Part shown: one piece after another, positions 11,400-20,000 of the stretch | How positions within the stretch are numbered: position 1 is the first letter of the stretch | How the letters are laid out: every line of letters begins with the position of its first letter | NCBI GenBank assembly: GCA_048128005.1 | Contig: JBEUKZ010000105.1 | Location: 51,485-71,484 of the forward strand | DNA from: Veleropilina oligotropha | Lineage: Eukaryota | Length of the DNA: 20,000 bases | Direction: 5' to 3' | The notes under the pieces: generated by a model | Database searches by the model: none | Told to the model about the DNA's origin: nothing | Seen by the model: the letters and a program-made list of their open reading frames with translations, nothing else | Position numbers and translations under genes: made by a program

Positions 11400-12200
11400 G
11401 CATGGTCCTATTTGCTTGAGACATTAGTGCAATAATTTGCTCTGCAGTTTCCGCGTTTCATGTGACCTTGCGCATAAAAGTTCACCGATTCAAAGCAGGA
11501 ACGCGAATCATGCACTTCACTGTGCATTAATTAAGTAACTCTAGCGTGAAAACAGATTTCATGTTGGAAATAGAGAACCGCGTCGCAGCTCTTATCCTAA
11601 CTGGGTGGTGGACTGCACATCTAACGAGTTATTGCAGGATATTACAAAAACATTCACAGCATCCACTACAAACACCATAGGACATACTTCATCTAATTCG
11701 TAAACACAACATTAATAAGTGATGATACCTTGGAGGAAAGCAAAAGTTCTGATGCGGCTGACACACATGCGCAAATCAAAGAGATTAACAGGAGTTTCTC
11801 AGATTGACGCGAAACTTTGCTACACCGAACAATGTGCAAAAATCGACGAGTTTGAAACCTTGGACAAAGACAAAATACTTTTCATGAAGGTAGCAACGGT
11901 ATACAAGGCACAGTTTATAACACGTCAGATCCGATACAGGTGCTCGACCGTTGGGAAGCGATATGGTGAGAACATATTATATCAACCGCATGCGAATGCA
12001 ACCCATTCCAAGATAAGAACCATCAACGCTCCTAACTGAGGGACATGCCGTGACTCCATGAGAGTTTTGAAGAATGGTAAAGCACCTGATCCGGACAAAA
12101 TATTCGCAGATATCATCCGATGTTCTCGTGTTTCAGCGGTCAAACTCTACATGTGCTATGTGCGGAAATAAGGAATTGCACGTCATGCATGGGAGATTAA
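11400..12200 (+). mobile_element. Degenerate RTE-clade LINE, upstream (linker/pre-RT) portion in inverted orientation
   Basis: + strand pieces in order: KTDFMLEIENRVAAL, NELLQDITKTF..TIG, ISDDTLE, CAKIDEFE..DKILFMKV, MRVLKNGKAPDPDKIFADII (cf. LKNGKAPGPD.I.AE), LHVLCAEI. Confidence 0.7.
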
Positions 12201-12300
12201 GGTATAAAATTATGACCCTTCAATTTTCGACATTATTGAATGCAGCCATGCATTTTCCAAACATAATTCAAAATTATACCATCCGTTTTGTTTGTTTCAG

Positions 12301-12438
12301 TGTCATGGCGGCCTGGCGGTCAAGCTAATGTACGAAATGCTGTACGCTCCGCCGCCGAAGATCATGGTGCTGGGTCCGACGTGCTCCGTGGAGGCGCAGG
12401 CGACGGCGGACTCGTCCTACATGTGGAACGTCACGCAG
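12301..12438 (+). CDS. GABA-B-like receptor exon A (138 nt)
   Basis: tttgtttcag|...|gtcggg; CHGGLAVKLMYEMLYAPPPKIMVLGPTCSVEAQATADSSYMWNVTQ. Confidence 0.92.
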
Positions 12439-15400
12439 GTCGGGTTAAAGTGTTAATTAACGTCTGGCAGGTCGGGTTAAACTGTTTATTAACGTCACGC
12501 ACGTCGCGTTAAACAGTTACTTAACGTCATATGATAATTTATTCTACTCCTCGTAGGGCCAATTTAAAAACAAGTGCTGAATGTGAAACTGGCGTTTTGA
12601 CGTTATGCAGACTACCGCCAATTTTACGCTTACATTCGACCGCACTATTTCTTGAGAAACGAGGCCAGAGAACTGTTTTCTCAAATGGAATATTTATGAT
12701 ACATCGGGAAATTGCTGCAGTTATCATACCTATAATCAATGCTGTGGATGGCTTCAGAAATGAAAATCAATTACGGGTAAAGCGCCTATAAATTAAGGTA
12801 CAAGGGAATGCTGTTAATAATTTAGCTATACATGGGTGACGCAACGATTATAGATGTGGTAGAGTACAGGCACATTCCGATTGGTCGGTTCATCTATTAC
12901 CGACGTCTGTAGTCATCAACTATTTGAATCATATGCTCCAAATTTTCAACAAACATTTAACATGAATATCCATCAATTTTAGAATCCAGATAAAAATTAT
13001 AGCGGGCGTATCTTTCACCAAGTACAAAGATATATTCATGCAATTAAAAGATTCATTTACTCGTGACCATTAACCCGCCATCATACATGTTCCTCTGTCA
13101 TGTATTGCAGCTGTCATATGGAGCCACGTCTCCTGCTCTCTCCGACAGAGCGGCGTACCCACGGTTCTTCAGCATCCCGTTGGCGGACAGCGGTCATAAC
13201 CCCGCGCGAGTGGCGCTGGTCAAATTCTATAACTGGCAGCGGGTGTCGACCATCCACTTCGCGGATGAGTTTTTTTCTATGGTGAGGCTACAACAAGCTG
13301 GTAGAACGGTACTCGACTTACCACTTCTCATTAACTGTTACTTGAAACTTTTGAAATTGTAGAGCAATAGAACCTTCGGATTGCAAAGGTAAAGAAAAGT
13401 ACAGTTAACAGTATTATTTGTATACAACCAGCCGGTGCGAGCTCTCTTTCCGCGATTATATGGATATGACCTAACATCTGGCTTTTTCTTCCGCAACATC
13501 GTCCCAACATAGTCATGGACGTTTAACGAGAAGCTAAAATAAATGCAAGTCAATGATCTTTTGTGAGACTATTTCCCTATTTCTCAATGATATTTTGTTG
13601 CTTTCTTTACTTTTGCCTCCTTAATTAACGTGCGACGATTATCAATGTACAATATTAATTGCAGGTAATTGGCAATCTTATCAAGCTTTTGCATAACGCG
13701 GGAGTGACCCTTGCGTCATCGGAAATATTTAATATTGAGCCATCGACGCAACTTCAAAATTTGCTAGTAAGTGGTATTTTTTAAAAAGATTTAATGCAAA
13801 TAATAGAGCATTACTGTGAAGGTTGTTTCCAGACTTCGTTATACCTGGCCGACGTCTCTATTACGTCTCCTTGACCACAAACAAGTGACCGCTGTAGGGA
13901 AGACCAGCTGATCAGAAGCATGCGCCGTCTCTGAGCACTGTTGATAACAGTGCATCAATGAATTGGAATAACGAAGCTTCTTTAGTTTGGATTAAATGGG
14001 TCTTCTCAGTTCAGGCATAAATAATTTTATGAAATTTATTAGACTGACAAATAGTTCTTCGAAACGAACAAAGGGCTCTTAAACCATTTTGAACAGGATA
14101 ATAATAACTTATGATAATAATATTTTCTATAGCTAATCAAAGATACAATCAAATTCCTACATAGCCTAAGTATGATATATATAATTATATATATATTGTA
14201 TTTTTTGCTAGTTTGTTTTGCGTCTTTGTTTTAGAGAAAGGATGCGCGGATTATATTTGTTGGAGGTTACGATGACCATGCTCGTGTCATTCTTTGCCAG
14301 GTAACTGTCAATAACTACTATGTCACGGCAATCCGATGTCATTCAGTACAAATGGCGTTGTGAAACAACTTTGCATGAAAAATTGTAAGTTGGGAGAAGT
14401 AAACGTTAGAGTATGCTAATTCAATAATTTTGAAAAACCTTCCTATGCCGTCTAGCGAATTGGGAGGTGCAAGTTGCCACCTTTCCTTAAATTCGCGTCT
14501 GAATTAATGTACGTCAATTCGTGAATATTAAAATGTCTGTAGAGCATAGTAATGATTGATTATTTCAGGATATTTTCGGCGCTTTTGCGAATCTTCTTCT
14601 AGTATTTTATTCATGTTCATATGCCAATTATTACACATTAAAGAACGCTGTGTTATTTGAAACATTGAAGATGTGATTGCTTCAAAAATATTATGAGAGC
14701 AATAATACAGACGATCTTATGTAAATGTAATTCCTCTTCTCAGGCTTATCATCTCGGCTTTTACGGAAGTCATATGGTATGGATTTTCCCTGGATGGTAT
14801 ACACAATCCTGGTGGCTCACTCGTCATCCCGGGTTAAACTGCACAGCCGCAGAAATGGAAAAGGCAGCATCCAGCCACATCCTCAATGTCGGCGACTACG
14901 AGCACACCCCAAAGTCGACGAAGGGGGTCAACAATATCACCTTTAACGAATGGGATAGATTATATTCGGCCTATACGAATTATGTCGTGGTGAAAGGCTA
15001 CCTAGCACGAGCATATTGCTATGATGCCATCTGGGCAACTGCGATTTCGCTGGACAATGTGCGGAAGAGTATTACAGAGCGCGGTAAGTCGGCTCAATGT
15101 GCGGAGGAGGATGACAGAGCGCGGTAAGTCTGCTCAATATGCGGAATCGGATAACAGAGAGAGGTAAATGGACTCAATGCGCGGAAGATGATGACAGAGC
15201 GCGTTAACTGGGCTCAACGTGCGGAAGAGGATAATAGAGCGCGGTAGTAAGTGGGCTCAATGTGCGGAGGAGGATGACAGAGCGTGGTAAGTCGGCTAAA
15301 TGTGCGGAAGCGGATAACAGAGCGCCGTAAGTGGGCTCAATGTACGGAGGAAGTGTACAGAGCTCGTTAAGTCGGCACAATGTGCGAAAGCCGATAACAG

Positions 15401-16757
15401 AGCGCGGTAAGTGGGCTCATCGTGCGGTAGAGGACAATAGAGAACGGTAAGTGTGCTCAATGTGCGGAAGCGGAAAACGGAGCGCGGTATGTCAGCTCAG
15501 TGTGCGGAAGAATATAACAAAGCGCGGTAAATGGGCTCAATTTGCGGAAGTGGATGACAGAGCGCGGTAAGTGGGCTCAATGTGCGGAAGAGGATGACAG
15601 ACCGAGGTAATTAGATTACTGGAAAACTAAATAAATTTCACATTAGAGAAAAGCCCCAAGCATTTGTCTCGTGCCGCCAAGACGACTTGAATGGGTACCT
15701 CGTTGGCGTTATGCAAGTAAAAGTGATACCCACTTGTAATGACCATACTGTTATCAGATGGATTTGAGATGGAATCTCGTATGGAACAGGCCCGTAGCCA
15801 GGAATACAATTATGAATTGGTGTGGGCCCGAGGGGAAATAAGTCTATAAGCCCTCCATATTCGTGAATATGGTATATCTTCATGGATAGTTAACTGCTAT
15901 AGATATTAACTTCATGATGATAATTGCTGTTGTGAATCATTGATAGCTAATGAATACAGCTATCCAACAGTATAACAGAGTCCCTGTAAGCGTTTAATAA
16001 CATGATTGCTTACATTTTATCACCCTAGCGGATAGCACTTACTGTAATAGGTTCCGCTACAGAACTCTGGGAGAGTAGTTTCCTTCCAATTAGATAATAT
16101 ATTCTGTAAAACAATGTCACATGAACACTTACGGGCTAACGTTTCGTGAAAAACGTCTTGGTCGATATATGTATCGTTCTTTGTGCTTAATATATGGTGG
16201 TTGATTTATTCCCAGACAAAAAAACGACACAATATCGCAAAGGCGACAACGGTTTCTCGACAGGTTGAAATTGTCACCTTGGCGAATACACGCTATCGTC
16301 TTTTCGACATATTTTGTCATCTTATCAAATGGACAAGACGACGGATGACAATACCACAAAATACGACAAAATGAATGCACCAATACGACAATTACAGCCT
16401 TCGCGCGCTCACATTGTCGCCTTTTCGCGTAAGAATATTGTTCTGTCGTTTTGGCGCGTTATTATGTCGTTCTGACATGGCATGAATTAGACACCATGGC
16501 TTAACATGTATGATGACGATTGTCTCATGATGGTTTATAATGTAATATATTAGATCACAATAAATAACATGAAATTTATACACTCTCATTCACAGGGTTA
16601 AATAAAACACTAGAAGGGTTCACTTACGCGGACTCGGATGTCGGAGATCTACTGTTCGAGGCCATGTCGAATATTTCCTTTGAAGGCATGCATGGGTACA
16701 CAGCGTTCAGCAAAGACGGGATGCAGTTTGGCTACACACGAATATCTCAGCGTACAG
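12301..16757 (+). CDS. GABA-B receptor-like class C GPCR, partial (Venus flytrap domain); join(12301..12438,13111..13281,13665..13766,14235..14300,14744..15083,16596..16757)
   Basis: Six exons with canonical AG/GT boundaries and compatible phases (0,0,0,0,1,1) splice into one 979-nt open frame collinear with GABBR1/GABBR2 ectodomains. Subunit orthology is unresolved. Confidence 0.93.
12427..12530. repeat. 32-bp tandem repeat spanning the exon A donor site, ~3.3 copies
   Basis: AACGTCACGCAG|GTCGGGTTAAAGTGTTAATT at 12427, 12459 and 12491, partial at 12523. Confidence 0.9.
13111..13281 (+). CDS. GABA-B-like receptor exon B (171 nt)
   Basis: tattgcag|...|gtgagg; LSYGATSPALSDRAAYPRFFSIPLADSGHNPARVALVKFYNWQRVSTIHFADEFFSM. 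Confidence 0.95.
13665..13766 (+). CDS. GABA-B-like receptor exon C (102 nt)
   Basis: aattgcag|...|gtaagt; VIGNLIKLLHNAGVTLASSEIFNIEPSTQLQNLL. Confidence 0.88.
14235..14300 (+). CDS. GABA-B-like receptor exon D (66 nt)
   Basis: tttgttttag|...|gtaact; RKDARIIFVGGYDDHARVILCQ (cf. GABBR1 [22 protein letters not shown]). Confidence 0.93.
14744..15083 (+). CDS. GABA-B-like receptor exon E (340 nt)
   Basis: ctcttctcag|...|gtaagt; AYHLGFYGSHMVWIFPGWYTQSWW...NCTAAEM...AYCYDAIWATAISLDNVRKSITER. Confidence 0.93.
15055..15612. repeat. 40-bp tandem repeat spanning the exon E donor site, 14 copies
   Basis: Consensus CAATGTGCGGAAGAGGATGACAGAGCGCG|GTAAGTGGGCT. Period 40 with one 3-nt insertion at ~15244. 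Confidence 0.96.
16596..16757 (+). CDS. GABA-B-like receptor exon F (162 nt)
   Basis: ctcattcacag|...|gtgtgc; (G)LNKTLEGFTYADSDVGDLLFEAMSNISFEGMHGYTAFSKDGMQFGYTRISQRT. Phase 1 matches exon E. Confidence 0.92.
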
Positions 16758-17294
16758 GTGTGCAGCAAAAGGATTGAGTGCAGGGTGGGAGCCCAGAGCA
16801 GATATTCAACCGAAAAGGGCCAATAGGTTTCACACCACTTATGATGAAACCATCAACCTTCAATACAATGTTTTTTCTGCCAAGTCTTGGCTGTGGCTTT
16901 CTACGCAAAATCACCCCCCCCCCGGGGGTAAAAAATATGGCTTTTATATAACCGAGAGCGCCAAGGCTAAACACTACATTGAATGTTGCCTTGGGGACCC
17001 TCCAGTATGAAATTACCAATGCTAGAAATTTTAAGTGTGGCTTTCCCCCCGCCAGCAATCACCCCCCCCCCACAACACATCGTATTATAGTAAAAATATT
17101 GGCATTTATTTGTAGTCAGGAGGAAATCCAGTTATACTCCTTCAAAACACAAGTCATAGAGGTTTGTTTGCATTTTTGATACCTTTAAGACGGTTAGTCA
17201 GAATTTCTGGATGATAACAATAAATTTAGGCGGTGGCAATTTTTAAATTTGCATATTTTTAAGATGGCTGCCATCAGTATCCTCCGAAAACAAA

Positions 17295-17528
17295 ATACTG
17301 TCCTCGATAGCTCAACTGGTTAGAGCGTCGGAAAAACATTAGGTGGGACGATAGATGCGGGTTCAAACACGCTCAGACTGGCTTATTCTAAGGCTGGAAA
17401 CTAATAGATGGCATATCTCTAATGTATGTCGGTCAGATCGGTGTGAGACCTTAAACCGGGTGTCTCGACTGCGCTAAGGCTGAAAAATTGTCAAAGTGGT
17501 CGTGAATCAAAGTTTCAACTCGACTCGA
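17295..17528 (+). mobile_element. tRNA-derived SINE (Deu/Nin-domain-like) inserted in the left arm
   Basis: A box TAGCTCAACTGG, B box GGTTCAAAC, core TCGGTGTGAGACCTTAAACCGGGTGTCTCGACTGC and (ACTCG)n tail. 13-bp TSD CTCCGAAAACAAA at 17282-17294 and 17529-17541. Empty site in the right arm at ~19590-19615. Confidence 0.88.
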
Positions 17529-18188
17529 CTCCGAAAACAAAGAGTAGCATATCGTAGAAACTTATTGGTCAAATTTCATGATTTTACTTTGAATTATAAG
17601 CTTCTGAGGTCACTGAAGCAAATCGAGGTCACTTGGTATGGTCAACATCAAGGTCATTATAAGTTTTATATGATGCCGAGTCAATTTCTGAGGTGGCTAC
17701 AGAAAATCGAAGTCAAGGTCACATGATATGGTCAAGGTCATATTTGGTCCAAAATCCGATAAAATGGCATATCTCGTCTAGTAATTGGTAGATTTTCATG
17801 ATTTTGCTATCGACTTTATAGGTTTTTTGGAAATCGTGTGAATTTCTGAGATGACTGAAGCATACCGAGGTCAAAGTCACATGTTATGGCCAAAATCAAG
17901 GTCAGTTATGGTCCAAAATCCGAAAAAATGTCATATCTGGGCTAGTAATTGATACATTTTCATAATTTTGATATTGAATTCTAATTTTTCTATGGTGTCA
18001 AGTTAACTTCCAACGTGGTCAAGGTCACATGGTTTGATCACGGTCTGGATTATTTTTTGCCCATAAAGTGATAAAATGACCAATCTCCGAAACTTATTGA
18101 CAAATTCTGAAGACGATCATTGTACCAAACGGTAAATGTAGGGTATTAAATCGATATCCGATAAATGGAAATAAAATATTGGCACTTT

Positions 18189-18640
18189 TTAAAGGAATGC
18201 CACCAAACGTACAAAAGGCTTGACCTTGCCCTTTCGGAAGAAGCACGATGTGAAGTCACATCCTGTCAAAGTATGCAGACCAATCATTGCTTCAGTCAAT
18301 CCATGTTTCCTCACAGAAGCGAAGCTATCATTGACATATCTATGTATCGCCTATAATAATCAGAATCATAGTCCAAAACTATACCCAGTCCTTCTGGCAC
18401 ACTCAAGGAGGATAATGAGGACATCTGTATCTGAGTACCTCGCCACTATTTCTCCATCGGTCATGTTCCTTGCACGGAACGCAAAGAGGGCATCAGCTTC
18501 CCCGTGATGACCCTGTCCTTGACTTGCTTCCTCTGATTGCAGCTGACCGTGTTCCATGTTCTTCAGCTTGATGCATTTGCCACCATGATTGGACAATACT
18601 GCGGCTTATTCCACTTTTCCATCACAAAATGTGCAAACCC
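18189..18640 (-). pseudogene. XPG/FEN1-like (PIN + H3TH) nuclease remnant of AcademX type
   Basis: Frameshifted pieces FAHFVMEKWNKPQY / SNHGGKCIKL / HGEADALFAFRA...YSDTDVLIILL / IVLDY...RRYIDMS / AMIGLHTLTGCDFTSCFFRKGKVKPF show the EAD..DxD..GCD signature. Confidence 0.82.
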
Positions 18641-18907
18641 ACCGCCACTCAATACAAACGACCATGGAAGGGAGCAAGATGGTTTAACCTGAAACCCTCA
18701 CCATCATACTAGGGTCTAAGTTGGCTCCTGGTGGGTTTCCGAGAAATGGTACGGTGTGGATATGAAAAGTCGGCCTGTAAGTGTAGCCTCATCGATTGTA
18801 CAATGTTTTGTGCCTGCAAAGCTGGTCCATTGAGCCTCAACCTATATATACTTAATAAGAGAACATATGCAAAAGATGAAAGTAATGATAATAATATCAC
18901 AAAGTAA
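18636..18907 (+). pseudogene. C-terminal Cys-rich (CXC-like) remnant of the same transposon protein
   Basis: NPPPLNTNDHGREQDG / LAPG / EMVRCGYEKSACKCSLIDCTMFCACKAG...* resembles the PP.L.P...GW...AP...CGC...C.C...CT..C.C tail that follows the XPG domain in these proteins. Confidence 0.65.
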
Positions 18908-20000
18908 AGACATCAAAGCATATATAAACAGTCCTTCATTTAGTTAGCTTTAACACTAAATCTGACGTGTCTTTTGTGATCCAAAATGAATTGATAATTG
19001 ACCTTGAGTATGTGACCTTGACGTCAAGTAACTTTAAATTTCCTGGATATCAGTTTAAAACCGCTACACCGTTTGGTACAATGATCTCCATCGGACTTTG
19101 TCAATAAGCTTCGGAGATCAGTCATTTTTATCACTTTATTGGCCAAAATTGACCTTGACCATACCATGTGACCTTGACCTCGATTTGCTAAAGTCACTTC
19201 GAAAATTGCCTCGACACCCCAGAAAACTCAAATTCGATAGGAAAATCTTGAAAATCTACCAATTACTTGCCGCGATATGACATTTTGTGCGATTTTGGAC
19301 CGAAAATAACCTTGACATTGACCATACCATGTGACCTTGACCCCTCGGAAATTCGCTTGGCATCTCAGAACACTTATAAGTAGATAGCAAAATCATGAAA
19401 ATCTACCAATTACTAACAGAGATATGCCATTTTATCGGATTCTGGACAAAAAATGACATCTACAATAACTATACCATGTGACCTTGACCTCGTTTTGCTC
19501 GAGTCCCCTCAGAAATTGACTCGGCGCTCCAGAAAACATATAATTCAGAAGCAAAATCATGAAATTCGACCAATACATTTTTGAGATATCCTACTCTAAA
19601 AGTTTTCGGAGGATGAGGGTGGCAGCCATCTTGAAAATATGTAAATTAGAAAACATTACACAGCCTAAGTTTATTGTTTTCATCCATAATTGTTGACTAG
19701 AAGCCTTAAATGTATCAAAAATGCAAAATACACTCTATGACTTATGTTTTGAAGGAGTATAGCTGGATTTCCTCCTGACTATAAATAAATGCCAATATTT
19801 TTACTATAATACGATGTGTTGTGGGGGAGGTGGGAGTAGTTTACTGGCGGGGAGAAAGCCACACTTAAAATTGCTGGCATTGGTCATTTCATACTGGGGG
19901 GTATCCAAGGCAACATTTATGTAGTTTTTAGCCTTGGTGCTCTCGGTTAAATAAATGCCATATTTTTTATCCCCTGTGGGATGATTTTGAGTAGAAAGCC

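Larger units (their letters stand above)
16895..20000. mobile_element. Internally deleted AcademX-like DNA transposon with ~1-kb inverted arms (runs off the window)
   Basis: 16895-~18165 is the diverged reverse complement of ~19037-20000 (GGCTTTCTAC at 16895 pairs with the last 10 nt). Arms carry ~150-165-bp subrepeats with ATACCATGTGACCTTGAC (19161, 19324, 19471). Spacer has XPG-like and Cys-rich remnants. Confidence 0.75.

Noticed and set aside
14693..15127. Stand-alone 144-aa ORF (likewise 13063-13362)
   Set aside because: These are exons E and B plus intronic read-through. Homology stops at the splice sites.
15055..15612. CRISPR-like or coding repeat
   Set aside because: No spacers, period 40 is not a multiple of 3, and the exon frame stops at 15125-15127.
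16200..16480. Region rich in CGACAA/TTGTCG motifs, possible old MITE
   Set aside because: No definable termini or TSD; too degenerate to call.
17300..17375. Functional tRNA gene
   Set aside because: A and B boxes are present but I see no convincing acceptor or anticodon stems. It has a body, tail and TSD typical of a SINE.

Overview
AT-rich, intron-rich animal (invertebrate-type) genomic DNA, not prokaryotic. The + strand carries six in-phase GT-AG exons (12301-16757) encoding about 326 aa of the Venus-flytrap ectodomain of a GABA-B-receptor-like class C GPCR. I found neither its first exon nor its 7TM exons in the window. The rest is layered repeats: palindromic MITEs, tRNA-derived SINEs, a 2.8-kb 34-bp minisatellite and a decayed PIF/Harbinger element. 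An old 5'-inverted RTE-type LINE has had one RT segment amplified into a 174-bp tandem repeat, which was then hit by a young 5'-truncated CR1 LINE. An intronic element with ~1-kb inverted arms surrounds XPG/FEN1-like nuclease and Cys-rich remnants (AcademX-like). The most unusual observations are tandem repeats that multiply the 5' splice sites of two receptor exons (14 and 3 copies), a non-canonical ligand pocket, and the LINE-derived satellite. Family assignments come from motif recognition by eye; no searches were run.
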